Source of the DNA: Lama glama | Taxonomy: Eukaryota | DNA: 64,000 bases | Direction of reading: 5' to 3' | NCBI GenBank assembly: GCA_028534125.1 | Contig: CM052816.1 | Coordinates: 27,902,001 to 27,966,000 of the forward strand | In this document: positions 51,398 to 64,000 of the stretch, one piece after another | Numbering within the stretch: position 1 is the stretch's first letter | Layout: each line of letters opens with the position of its first letter | Program-made: the position numbers and the translations under genes | The notes under the pieces: model-generated | Database searches by the model: none | What the model was told of the DNA's origin: nothing | Seen by the model: the letters and a program-made list of their open reading frames with translations, nothing else

Positions 51398-52961
51398 TCA
51401 GAAATTCTCCAAGAAAAGTTTTGTACCCTTTGATGAAGTTATAGATGAGCTGAGAACAATTTTTGTGGGAGAATACTATCAAACTATATATATATATATA
51501 TACACACATATATATACACACACACATATATCAATAAATATGGAAAATACGGGTTTTCCCCTATTCAATTTAAAATACCAAAATCCCATATATATTGAAA
51601 GTGTGAAGAAGAAAACAAATTTCAAATTACATCTGGTACAACAAATTTTTCTTTAAAAAATATTTAAGATTTTCAGTGGGAATAATGTGTTCCCAGCACA
51701 TTGCTACTCATAAACCAGCTATTTATACTTAGTTTATTTAACTTCATTCTGTTACACTGAGATACTATAATCTGGGGAAACCTGAGTATAATGAAGATTC
51801 TGTTTCAAAGAAAAATAAGATTACTTTTTCTCTTAAAAGTCTTTTATATGTGTCAATAGGTTTGTATATATTTGGTGTAATCGTTATACTCTAATGGACC
51901 TCCAGAAGCAGTTGTCTGTATTTGAAGTCATGTGATTCTAATTATTAAACCTCAAACCCACTTATATGTTTAATCCTTATTTTCCTTTAAAAAAAGTCAA
52001 TATAAATTTAGTTAGATAACCTAAAATAATCTGCCAATTTGGATATTACATTTATCCTGCTCTAATTTTAAATAATGAGGACAGTTTTGTTGTTCCCAGA
52101 TGAGATTACAGCACAGTCAGGGGAAAAAATCGTGTTATTCCTGATATACTAAAAATCAGGTGAAAGTTTCTCTAAAGTTTTTTCCTTTATTTAGAAACCA
52201 GGCTGAGGGATTTTGTTTTGAATGACAACATATCTAAAGGAAAATTACTAATCAGATCTTGGAGACAAAGTAGAAAAGATAAGGTTGGTGTCATCTTTTT
52301 TTAAAGGCCATTGAACATTAGAATCCACATCAGTCTGGCTCTAGACTGGGAAGATACACCAAATTAGATCAAATTGGAGCTTAAAATTGTGATTCAATCT
52401 GTTCATGTAGATAAAACCTCAAAGTTCCATCATGTCAAATATACCATCTTAACCACTTTGTTTCCTTATCATCTTTCCTTTGCCATCTTATTACAGACAG
52501 AGAAACAACACTGATTTCCCTTGGAGAGTTTAAATCACATCTGGTATCTTTTAGAAGGCTTTCCTGACAGGAATAGCAATCATAATATGAAATCATTCAC
52601 TTTTAATAATATCTTTAAATATCACATGATTTACCTGCACACAAGTTTAGGTCCTAGAAGTAATATGTCAAAGTGGATTTGATGCTGATAGAGCTGAATT
52701 CCTTGCCGAGACCTAAAGAGAAACAGAGTGACCTCAGACACACTCCCAACTTTATTTACAGGACATGGACAGGCATCTGACTGCGCCTGGGAAAACATAG
52801 GCAGTATAGTACTTTGTGAATTTTTCCACAAGGGACTATTTAAGCAACATGGGCTTATTAGAGAAAATTCCCCTGGGGAAGTTGAGAAAGACTGGACACA
52901 GTGATGCACAACTCACTCACTCTGTACACCTCTCCCCATTTCTTCTGTAAAATATCTCCAT
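51398..52961 (-). other. Candidate three-exon small ORF (56 aa), unverified
   Basis: Exons 52961-52921, 52712-52635 and 51449-51398; GT-AG introns, consistent phases, Kozak gtcATGG, AATAAA after the stop; no homolog recognised. Confidence 0.25.
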
Positions 52962-53320
52962 GACAGCACACAACAGAGCCCTTTAATTTTGTTTTGTGAT
53001 TATGGTAACTGTTGCAAGTCTATTAGGAAGGTAGCAGAATCCAGTCTCTCTGTTCACAGAACCTGAGACTCTTCACCAAATGCTCCTCAGTGCTCTTGAC
53101 ACTGGAGGGTAATGTACATCTGAAACTTGGCCAGCTGCAACAGGGCAATGGGAAATTTTTTTAGTGCCCATTTCACTTGGCTTCGGTTGGGGAGGAAGTG
53201 CCCAGTACACTCCTTCACTTCAAAAGACAGCAAATTCACAACATTCACCATGGGGCTGATAACTCAGAGGCATCATTTCCTTTTGAAAGTGGAGTTTTCC
53301 CACTTTGTTTGTGACTAATT
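52860..53320. promoter_or_regulatory. Putative immune-type enhancer/promoter motif cluster
   Basis: PU.1 GAGGAAGTG (53192-53200), kB-like GGAGTTTTCC (53291-53300) and GAAAATTCCC (52863-52872), AP-1-like TGACTAA (53312-53318), TGATAA (53257-53262); unique sequence. Confidence 0.35.
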
Positions 53321-53409
53321 TACTGCTAATAGCACACTTTGTTCTTCACTTTTCTAAAAAGTTATAAAAAGTAAGTACCTTTTGCTTACATAAATATTGT
53401 ATTTCTACA

Positions 53410-53600
53410 GTGAAGGAAAAAGAGTGGTCAAATAAGCTTAAGTTTTAGCCCTGGCTATTTGGCATGTTTCCTAATCTTTCTGTACCTCTGATTACTGTGT
53501 AAAATATCAGTAAAAACTGTGATTACCTCATAGATTTGTTTTGGAATGTGATATAGCATATGTTATTTAGAAAAGTATTTGCTAAGAACTAAACATTAAA
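53410..53600 (+). mobile_element. MIR SINE (decayed)
   Basis: cctaatctttctgtacctctg..tgtaaaat..tacctcatagatttgttttgga. Confidence 0.6.
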
Positions 53601-54965
53601 AGAAAACATTACTAGGTCTGCAGTAGACATGCTGAATATTAATTTGCATGGTCCAATGTTACAGTTTACATAGGGGAACTATGCACAGCATTTCTGAGAC
53701 CTTTGGCACTTAACATTTTGTTAATTGGTTTTATTGTCTAACTGAATGGTCACCATTGTGTTCCACCACCACAAAATGTTATACGGGAAACAATTATGCT
53801 CATTTCTGATCACGAAGGCACCTCTATCCATTCATGTGATTACCAGTTGTGAACACTAACTGGAGAGGCACAGATTCTTCGTGCGATACCTGTTTCTTAG
53901 ATCAACAAAGCTGGTTATGTTTACAAGTCTATCTTAGAACATACAAGATAGTGAAAAATGGGACCAGCTAGTGGTGAACTGTGGACACTACTGACTGATC
54001 TCACCACAGAAGAGAGAGGTGTGGCAGAAATTATTAGTTCTACTTTTCTGCAGGAATACCAAACTTAAAACCTGAAAAGTTCAAAAACAGAGTGAAGGTA
54101 AAATTTGGGGGAAGAATATAGTCAGTGGAGAGACCTATCTGAACCCATGCGGTAGGGAACATAGAAATTTCATAAATGACTTCTCTGTCCAGGAATCTGC
54201 TGAGGACATTTCCTTATTGCATCACATACATTAAGAATAAGAATATCTAGCTGTTATTACTCAGAGGAGCAATTCCTTATTCTGTATTTTGGATGTTAGT
54301 AGAACTAAAGTTATAAAGTACTCTGTCCTCAGCTCATATGATACCATGGACAGACTTTAATTTTGTACCCTACCACTCATTCACACACTGAAATTAATCA
54401 CATTACCGAGGATAAATCATATGAGGATAAATAAAGTTTTATTTATTTCTAATGAAAATGTATTACCTATCCCACACAAAGATTCCCTTCTGATAGTAAC
54501 TCACTAACTGAACTCTCAGTACAATTCCCTAACTTTATAATTGGCTTTGAGTTAGTAAAATACTTTCACCACACTTAAAACTTACTCTAGTTTTCTTTTT
54601 AATGCCAGTCTCAACTTTAATATAAAGCTTTCCTTATATCTACTCCTTACGATTGGGTTTTTCTTGATTTGGCATGATACGGAAGAGGTTTGTGAGGATA
54701 AAGGGGGAAAATGAAAGGTAAGTCTATATTACCAGAATTAGTTACAGTCTGCCCTTGTTCTTGATCTGTGGGATTCAAGGAGATGCCATGACAGACTCAA
54801 TAATGGATAGATCACTCCAGAGCAGTTCAGTCTGGAAATGGTTTTCCTTTACTTGGTTAGTCACAATTTAGAGCTGCTTTTCAGTTGGTTGTATTACCCT
54901 ATACTCTGCTGCTGCGCATTGCTGTTTGCAGCCCTTACTATGGCCGTGCCCTTCAAAAAGCCTCA

Positions 54966-55285
54966 TTTTTTTTTTTATTGAGTTATAGTCAGTTTACAAT
55001 GTTATGTCAATTGCTGGTGTACAGCACAATTCTTCAGTCATATGTGAATATACATATATTCATTTTCATATTCTTTTTCATTGTGAGCTACTACAAAATA
55101 TTGAATATATTTCCCTGTGCTATACAGTATAAACGTATTTATCTATTTTATATATACCTGTCAGTATCTGCAAATCTCAAACTCCCAGTTTCTCTCTTCC
55201 CACCCTACTCCCCGCTGGCAAGCACAAGTCTGTATGCTATGTCTGTGACTCTGGTAAATAAGTTCATTGATCTTTTTTTTTTTAG
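54966..55285 (-). mobile_element. L1 3' UTR (lineage-specific family)
   Basis: ttttattgagttatagtcagtttacaatgttatgtc..ttccctgtgctatacagtat; related to the 14241 element. Confidence 0.92.
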
Positions 55286-55289
55286 GGTA

Positions 55290-56965
55290 CCCATTCTCAT
55301 TACTATTGAACATAGTTCTAGAAGTTCTAGCTAGACTAACAAGGCAAGGAAAAAATAAAGGTATCCAGCTGAGAAAGAAAGAAAATTGTCTTTGTTTGCA
55401 GATGATATGAAATTATATGTAGAAAATCCCAAAGATTCTACTAAAAAAAACTGTTAGAACCAATCAACAAATTCAGTACAGCTGCAAAATACAAAATCAA
55501 TATACAAAAATCAGTTGTGTTTCTGTATACTAACAGTGAAATATCTGAAAGGAAACTTTTAAAAATTCCTCTTTACAAACCTTCAAAAACAGCAAAATAC
55601 TTAGAAGAAAATTAAGCTGAGGAGGTGAAAGTTCTACACAATAAAAATGACCAGCATTCTATAAAAGAAATTGAAGGACAAACTGTACTACAAAGCTACT
55701 GAATATGATTAAATTAAAAATATGATACTGGTAAAAATAGACATATACCCGTAGATGAGAATTTAGAGCCCACAAGGTTTCTATCATCACATATATAGTC
55801 AACTCCTGTTTAACCAGAGAGCCAAGAATACTCAATGGGAAAAGCATAGTCTCTTCAGTAAATGGAAAAAGTGAACAGTCAGAATAAAAGATGAACTAAG
55901 ACCCCTGTCCTACACTACTCCTCACAAAAGTGAACTCAAAATAGATTCACAGGCAAACGTGACATGAAATGATTAAAAAAAAACTCTTAATAGAACACAT
56001 AGGGGCAAAGCTGTTTGATTTGATTTTTTGGGGTATGGCATTAAAAGCATAAGCAGCGTAAGTGAATGTGTAACAGACAAGTGGGACAATGAGAAACTAA
56101 AAAGCTTCTGCACATCAAAAGAAATGGTAAGCAAAATGAAAAGGCAAGCTACAGAATGGGAGAAATAGTTGCAAAGCATATAGCTGATAAAGGACTGATA
56201 TCCAAAATATGTAAGGAACTCCTACAACAGAACAGAAAAAAACTGAAAACTTTCATAATCATCATCATCATCCAATTAAAAATGGGCAGAGTACCCCAAT
56301 AAACATTATTCCAAACAAGACATATGAATGTCCAACAGTTACATGAAAATGTACTTGATAACATTAATCATCAGGGAAATACAAAACAAAACCGCGGTGA
56401 GATATTACATTACACCTGTTAGAATGGCTATTGTCAGAAAGATGAGGGATAACGAGTGTCAGTGATGATGTGGAGAAAAGAGAACCCTTGTGCACTGGTG
56501 GTAAGAATGTAAACTGAGGCACTTACTATGGAAAATAGTATGGAGGTTCATCAAAAAAAAATAGAACTGTTATATGATCCAGTAATTTCACTTGTGTTAT
56601 TTATCCAAAAAAATGAAAACACTAACTCAAAATTATATTTGTACCTTCATGTTTGTTGCAACATTATTTACAATAGCAAAGACACAGAAACAACCAAAGT
56701 GTTCACCGATGGATAAATGGATAAAGATATGGTGTATATATTTAATGGAGTATTATTCAGCTAAGAAAAAAAGAAAAACACCGTTTGAGGCATCATGAAT
56801 GGACCTTGAGGACATTATGCTAAGTAAAATAAGTCAAACAGTGAAAGACAAATGCTCTATTATATCATTTATATGTGAAATCTCAAAAAGCTGACCTCAT
56901 ACAAACAGAATACAATGTGTTTACCAGGGACTTAGGTGGCTAGGAAGATACTGGCCTAAGGATAC
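55290..56965 (+). mobile_element. L1 ORF2 (RT to C-terminus) and start of 3' UTR
   Basis: tttgtttgcagatgatatg (FADD motif), aaatcaatatacaaaaatcagttg; MFVATLFTIAKTQKQPKC. Confidence 0.92.
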
Positions 56966-56969
56966 AGAC

Positions 56970-57870
56970 CGCCTGGCTCTGGTGACCAGGGAGGCTTATG
57001 TCCCTGGGTCCCACTGGACTTTAACAATGGTAGAGACAGCTTGTCGCAGGCTACCACCCTTGGGCACTGCACAGAAAGCAGACTGAAATACATCCACAGT
57101 CTTTCTGGGAAACCGACCTATTTGCGTGTCCAACAGCCTCAGCCCGAGGTGCAGACTCCTGGTCTGGCACACGTCTAGGAGCCTAAGGAGATGCTCTCAG
57201 GGAACACAGGGCAGCAGATGTGCTCCTCGTGCCTCGTTCTGCTTCACTAGTAATTTCTAGAAGGTGCTGATGATATTGACTGTGCCCCAATTTTCTGAAG
57301 TCGTAGAGCTGAAGAATGTATTAACTGAATTGAAAACGATATTAAACAGGTTCAACAGCACACTAGTCTAACAGAATAAAGGATCAGTGAACTGAAAGAA
57401 ATGGCAGCAAAACACCTAATTAGAGCAGCACAAAAAAAATAAGAATGAAAAAAGTGAAGATAGAATAAAGGACTTATGAGACAACATCAATTGGAAAAGG
57501 TTTCATATTATAGGGGTCTCATAAGAGGAAAGAAAAATAGGCAAAAAAAAAAAAAAAACCAACCCTTGTAGAATGACTGGAAAACTGTCCTAACCTGGAA
57601 AAGGACATCTACATTCAAAACCCAAAGAACTCTAAGATGAACCCAAAGCGACCAATGAGTCATAATTTAAGTGTCAAAAGATAAATAAAAGAAGGAATCT
57701 TAAAAGCAAGAAGAGAAAAACCTGTTACATACAAGGAACCTCCATAAAACTATGAGAGAATTTTTCAGCAGAAAGCTTGCAGACCAGAAAGGACTAAACT
57801 GATAAATTCACAGCTAAAAGAGAAGACAAACATAATCTTCCAACTAAAAATATTCCACCCAGCAAAGCTT
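56970..57870 (+). mobile_element. L1 5' UTR fragment plus ORF1 remnant
   Basis: gcctggctctggtgaccagggaggctt..; aaggacttatgagacaacatcaa..tattatagggg; gaatcttaaaagcaagaagagaaaa. Confidence 0.8.
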
Positions 57871-58229
57871 TATCTATAATAATCCAATACCCAAAGAATT
57901 TAAATCATCTCACCATGCATATTTCTCACCAAAGCTAAGCATCCTGCTCTGTATATTATATACCATTCTTTCTTTAACGCTAGCAATTTAAATTGTTGAA
58001 CATTTCAAAATTCTGTAAGGCTGTAAGTGAAATTTACAATTTTAGTAAGTTCATCCATCAGGAGGTTCTAGTCATGAAAACAACCTCTGATTGGTTTTCA
58101 TTATTTCCAGCTTAAGAAATATACTTGAGTTTAAGAATCTAACAAGTCATACAAAAGCAAGTCAAATTTTTTAAAAATCAGAGCAACACAAACTTACTGA
58201 ACTCTCCACTCTTCCCAAAGCACAACTAA

Positions 58230-58820
58230 CTAAACACACGTGGGCAGGGCCAGGTAGCAGTCTCCCAGCTCAGCTCCTGTGTTCCAAAAACTGGGAGGGA
58301 GTCAAGGGGACTGAAATGAAGCCCCTCGATTTACCACTGGGAATGAGTTTTTTGTTTTTTCTTCCTAAAAGGGAAATTTAAAAATCTACAACAAATCATG
58401 CCAAATGCATTGAAATGATTAAAACAACAATAAGAACAAAAACAAAAACCAGCCTCTCCCTCCTTGCTTAAGCTTCAGACGTGGCTAAAAACGCTGAGTA
58501 CGGAAGTGACCTGGCCTGTGGCTCAGCCCAGTGCAGGTCCCAGAGCTGGGGGAGAACTGCCGTCAGCTGACAGTGTGGGACAGACCCAGCCACCAGCCTT
58601 CGTCTGGGAAAACTGGGCGGGGAGGGAACTAGGGAGAGGGAGACACCCCGAAAGAAAAAGCACATTTCCAAGGGAAAATTCTAAAAATAACAGATACTTT
58701 ATTGGTGGGTATCAGAGGTCTTAGTGCCAGGGAGGCTGCAGGTGGGGGCACCACGTGGCTGTCACCAGCTGCGCTGCTCCAGGTAAGGGGACAGGAGCAG
58801 TCCCAGGGCAGGAAGTTCAG
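58230..58820. promoter_or_regulatory. Promoter-like GC-rich patch with a candidate first-exon donor
   Basis: ETS CGGAAGTG (58501-58508), GC box GGGCGGGG (58615-58622), E-boxes CACGTG (58237 and 58752), CAG|gtaagg at 58782/58783; local CpG retention in unique sequence. Confidence 0.5.
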
Positions 58821-59500
58821 GTGCCAAAATGTGTTTCACTCTTTACATGTAATTGAAAGATGAGAGCATTGAATTTTTTTTAATTTGTCAATTTAGCAAG
58901 TGTCTCTTTTACCAAACTGACAAAATGTGTAGGTAAATACTTTCCCAAGACTATTGCAAATAATGAGACCAGACGCATATTTTACGGGTGAAATATCAGC
59001 AACAGAAAAGATAACAAGAACTGGTCCTGTTTTATCACATTTAAGAAGAGAAGGAATAAGCCAGTTTTCTTTGAACATCATTCCTAATTCCAAGGTTACT
59101 TCTCACTCGACATAATTAGAAAAGTGCTATGAATGATGATATCCCTAAGCGCCAATTATGTTCTGCAAATTAAAGTTAGGTCAGATGTTATATATACTGG
59201 ACGTGAACAGTCTTAACAAATTTGCCCAGAAATATTGAAAATGAAGACAAATTTCATTAACTGTAAAAACATCTGTTTCTATAAAGAGAGACTATTCTTT
59301 TAGAAATAAATATGTCCCAAAGAGATAGAATGCCATTAGAGGTAGAACTCTGGATTTAATTGATAACTAATGCAATATACTAAAACACATAGATGTGAGC
59401 AGTGTTTCAGAGCACACTTTAATCTGAAGTACGGGTTCTTTGAAGTTACTTCTTGGTAAATTACTTTAATGTTGTTCGTTTTTCTCCCTCCTTGAGACAG

Positions 59501-59570
59501 TGAATTGACCTTTCGTCATCTCAAGGCCCATCTGCTTGAGCCTGTTATTTTAATCGGTGACTCCAGTGAA
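59501..59570 (+). other. Candidate 70-nt exon
   Basis: cgtttttctccctccttgagacag|TGAATT..AGTGAA|gtgagt. Confidence 0.35.
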
Positions 59571-59959
59571 GTGAGTAAGAAAGCAAAATACCATAATTAA
59601 ATTGATCACTTTAAAGAGAGTACATTTTGTCACTTTTAGTTAGATTTGATTTTTTGTGGCAGTTTGAACCTACACGAAAAGGGAATATATTTTACTTCTT
59701 GAAACAGATAATCTAGCGTAGGACAAAAAGATGTGCACATACTGACATGTCGTAGTATATTTCTGCTTATGTAAACAGATGGAAATCTACATATTCTAAT
59801 TTATACAAGCCTCAGTCACTCAGTTATTTTAGTCAAAGGATGGGTCACCTAATGGGAGAGAGGGGGTTGCCAAGTCTCAAAGCTAAAATTTTTTAGAATC
59901 ACATGTGTATGGATACATTATTTTTCACTATGGTGTTGTTTTAAAATTATTTAAAATTA

Positions 59960-62180
59960 TTAAAAGTATTTGAAGAAATAACAAAAACTTCTCAAATTTG
60001 GTGGGAAACTCAAGTTTTCAAATTCAGGGACCTCCATGAACCAAGAATTGAATAAGCCCAATAAATCTCTGTCCAGATGCATCATAATCAAACTGCTGAA
60101 ATATAAACATGAAGAAAAAATATTGGAAGCAGCCAGAGAAAAATGACATATTAACTATAAGATACACCACTTCAAATGACTGTATTCTTCTCATCAAAAC
60201 CATGGGGTCCAGAAAGAAGTGGTACTTAAAAAATTGTATTTTTTAATAAAAATTGTTTCTATTTAAGGTGTACAACATGATGACTTTTATATATTTCATA
60301 TGTAAATGATTACTACAGTCAAGCTAACATATCTCCTCACAGTTGTCATTTTCTGTGTGACTAATACAGAAACCTACTCTCTTACATATTTCCAGAGCAC
60401 AATACAGTATCATTAAGTACAGCAATCATACCTCTATAATAGATCTCTAGACTTACTCATCCTACACAACTGACCTTTGTTCCCTTTCACTAACACCTCC
60501 TCATTTAGCCCATCTCTCAGCCCCAGCCTCTGGTAACCAGCAACCTATGCTCTGCTATCTAATTCTATGAGTGTGATTTTTTTTTTTAGATTACACATGT
60601 AAGTTATATCAAACAGTATTTGTTTTTCTGTATCTGGCTTATTTATCTTAGCATAATGTCCTCCAGGTTCACTCACCCACATTGTCACTAATGGCAGGAT
60701 TTCCTTCCTTCTCGTTGCTGAATAATATTCCATTATATATACATGTAACATATATATATGTATATAAATAATTCTGTCCTATTGATATTACTATATATTA
60801 TATAATGTTACTGTTATTAATGTTTTATTATATATTAATTACATAATGCTAATTTATCATATGTTATATATATATGAATTTTTTGTCCATTTATCTACTG
60901 GCTGCAGTGATACATATTTTAAATGCTAAATAAAAATATCTGTCAACTCAGAATTTTGCATCTAGTGAAAATATCCTTAAGTAATGAAGGTAAACTGACA
61001 ACATTCTCTGGTTAAAAAAAAAAGAAAAAACTAAGAAAATCATAGCCAACAGACCTGATCTAAAAACACTGCTTCGACACAGTAGACTAATTCCTCAAAA
61101 AAAAGCCAACTATTGCAAATCACACAATGTGAAATAGATGATATGAGTATTCCTATGAGTTCAGCTAGTGTCACTGAAGAATTCTACCAAATGTTTAAAG
61201 ATAAATCAACACCCGAACTGGACGAACTCTTCCAGAAAACAAGAGGAGAAAACACTTCCCAAATAATGTTATGAATCTAGTTTTACCCTGATATCAGACA
61301 AATACAGTATAAAAAAGAAAGAAAATTTATAAACTAGTATCTCTGATGAATATAAATGCAAAAAACATTAATAAAATATTAAGAACAAGATTCATCATTA
61401 TATAGAGAAAAAACTACATCATTATACAGATGTAAAACTGGCTCAATATTTAAACACCTAGCGATGAAATCCACCACATTAAGACGGTAAGAGAAAAAAG
61501 TCACACAACTGTTATCAGTCAGTACAAAAAGAGTTCTGACAAAGTTCATCAGTCATTCACTACAGAAACTCAATAAAAAACTCCCTCAGCTTGATTAACA
61601 GTATTTACATAAAACCTACAGCAAACATGATACCTAATGTTGGACTTGCATTACTTTTCCACCTAAAGATCAGGAACAAGGCAATGATGTCCACTCTCAC
61701 TATTCTTATTGAAAATGCAAATGAAATTCTGGCTGGTGCATCAAGGAAAGAAAAGGCACGAAGTTCAGAAATGAAGATATAAAATTATCCTTATTTGCAG
61801 GAGGCATCAGTTTCTACTTAGAAAATCCCAAGGAATGTATGATTAAACAAATAAGGAGAAAAACAAACAAACAAAAACTAGAGCTAAAAAGTGAGTTCAG
61901 CAAGGTTATAAAAACTAAAAATTTATGTTCACACAAAAACATGGATACAGATGTTTATAGCTGCTTTATTTGTAATCGCCCAAAACTAGGAAAAAGGTAG
62001 GTTTCCTTCTACAAGTGAACTGTTAAATGAACTATGATACAACCATACCACACACTACTACTCAGCAATATAAAGTGAAGTATACCGATACAAATAACAT
62101 CTTGAAAGGTCACCAGGGAAATAGTCTGGGTGGAAAATAGTCATTCTCCACAGACTATATTTATGTAACACTTTAGAAAT
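59960..62180 (+). mobile_element. Old L1M (ORF1 and ORF2 remnants, internally deleted)
   Basis: catcataatcaaactgctgaaa..ggaagcagccagagaaaaatgac; ttatccttatttgcagg; agatgtttatagctgctttatttgtaatcgcccaaaactagg. Confidence 0.85.
60230..60905 (-). mobile_element. L1MA-like 3' end nested in the L1M ORF1
   Basis: tatttaaggtgtacaacatgatg..atagatctctagacttactcatcc; MEYYSATRRKEILP. Confidence 0.85.
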
Positions 62181-63069
62181 TTATTAATTTTACATTTGCT
62201 AAAAGCAATATATCAGGAGAGAAGATTAAAAGTCAAATTAAAACTTAAGTCCTATTTTACTGATGTAATGAAGTTTGCCTTGTCATTAAGTATGCCTAAG
62301 AGCCTGAGAAGTACCAAAATATATTCAAAAGACTCATCTTGTATGCCTTTGGTAATATTAAAATGCATTTCAGGACACTTAATATATCATTTTATGTGTT
62401 AAAAATCATGTCTTCTAAATGAAAACTACCCCAGCTTGAGAGAAATTTAGTTATTCATTCATTCTTCTGGGGTATTCGTTTTAGAAATCTAATTTAAATG
62501 GATGTCTCAGACAATTAATTTCTTAAGCTTAATTTCTCCATACTTGAACTAACTGGCAATTATTAACCATATAACAAATATCATTTTACCACTAATATTA
62601 CAAACAAAATATTCCTAACTAGATTTTTCTCCCTTTCTAGGCAAGACTAGAGGTTCCTCTTCATGTCAAAATTTCTTAGAGAGCTGAAAATTTATTTTCA
62701 TGATATTCTTTTTCAAAATACCAAATTTTTCTTTCAAACATGTTTACTAAAACTGGTACAAAGTCTTAAATCTTAAATAGTATAATCTAAAAAAATATTT
62801 AAAATATACAGACAGTAACTTGAATCTCAAGCCTCCATCTTCTTACATTATTAAATTCACATTTAACACATCACATTACCACAATTGACATTATACTTAA
62901 AATAAAAATGTGTATATACTATTTATTTTGGTAAGAAATAATATTGTGTACTTAATATGTGCCAGGCTACATGACTGAGATGCATCATTGTTCTAAATTA
63001 AGCTGAGCTTATACTCTAGGGGTGAAAAAGAAAAGTCTGAATGTCATTTAAAAGACTTAGGATTAAAAG

Positions 63070-64000
63070 ATGACAGACTAGGAAAACCCTGAGCTCTTCT
63101 CTCATAGGCACACCAAAATTACAACTATTTACAGCGTAACTATCTATGAGAATAACGTGAAGACTAGCAGAAAAGAAAAAAAAAAAGGACCCAAATCACT
63201 AAATCATAAATAAAAAAGATATTACAATTAACATCACAGAAATACAAGAGATCATAAAAGATCACTACTGACATTTATACACTAATAAAATAAACCACCT
63301 AAAAGATTTGGATAAATGCTAGAGATATATAGTCTTTAATAACTGAGTCAGGAAGAAATAAAAAATATCAATACACCAATTACCAGTAATGAAGTAGAAT
63401 CAGTAGTTAAAGAAAAAAACACTCCCAACAAACAAAAGTCCAGAGTTAGATAGCTTCACAGGTGAATGCTACCAAACATTTAAAGAATAAAGGATTGTTT
63501 CTTGTAATCTATTACAAAACATTGAAAAGGTAGCAACTCTTCCAAACTGATTCTATACGGCCAGCATTTCCCAGATACAAACCAGACAAATGCACCACAA
63601 AACAAGAGTTACAGGTCAATATCACTGGTGAACAAAGATGCAAAAGTTCTGAACAAAATACCAGCAAACCAAATTTACCCATACATTGAAAGAATCATAA
63701 ACCATGATAAACTGGATTTTATTCCAGAGATAATAAAGATGGTTCAATATTCACAAATCAATCAGTGCGATTCACCACAACAGAATAAATAAAAATAGTA
63801 AGATTATCTCAGTAGAGGCAGAGAAAGCTTTTGACAAAATTAAACATCTACTTATAATAAAAACTCTCAATAAAGGGCATACAGAGGGAACATATCTGAA
63901 CATAATAAAGGCCACACGTGACAAATCTACAGCCCAAATCACTCTCAGCAGTGAAAAGCTGAAGATATTTCCTATAAAATTAGGAATAAGACAACTTTAT
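63070..64000 (+). mobile_element. L1: ~100 bp of 5' end joined to ORF2 RT region (runs off the window)
   Basis: ccctgagctc..gcacaccaaaattacaactatttacag; then aaaagtccagagttagatagcttcacaggtgaat, aagatggttcaatattcacaaatcaatcagtgcga. Confidence 0.88.

Noticed and set aside
51282..51656. 124-aa plus-strand ORF
   Set aside because: Runs through a (TA)n(CA)n microsatellite, is AT-rich and has no recognisable homology
54885..55334. 149-aa hydrophobic ORF
   Set aside because: Antisense reading of a T-rich L1 3' UTR
60745..60880. AT-rich quasi-palindromic stretch
   Set aside because: Decayed (TA)n expansion inside an L1 3' end

Overview
This is AT-rich placental-mammal DNA, intergenic or intronic, dominated by nested transposable-element debris. 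It holds old and young LINE-1 fragments on both strands, L2, MIR, ERV/MaLR LTRs and Tigger/hAT DNA-transposon fossils, plus one 500-N assembly gap. The youngest L1 3' UTRs and the lack of recognisable Alu, Bov-tA, PRE1, ERE or Can-SINEs suggest a camelid genome (inference from recall, not a search). No known host protein-coding gene could be recognised; the ORFs with recognisable products are L1 ORF1/ORF2 remnants and the rest look like chance ORFs. Best leads: (i) a ~1.4 kb repeat-spacer array at 49.6-51.05 kb, with ~17-18 copies of a ~30 bp core separated by variable GGTA/GATA spacers; (ii) a young betaretrovirus-like LTR element with TG..CA ends and a perfect TGGAT TSD spanning the gap, which may hide a provirus; (iii) a ~55 bp near-perfect inverted repeat in unique sequence at ~12 kb; (iv) a candidate three-exon, 56-aa spliced small ORF on the minus strand next to a PU.1/NF-kB/AP-1 motif cluster; (v) a promoter-like patch with two candidate plus-strand exons at 58.2-59.6 kb; and (vi) atypical L1 insertions (a 44-bp TSD and a 36-bp micro-insertion). 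Repeat family names come from pattern recall, and boundaries of old repeats are approximate.
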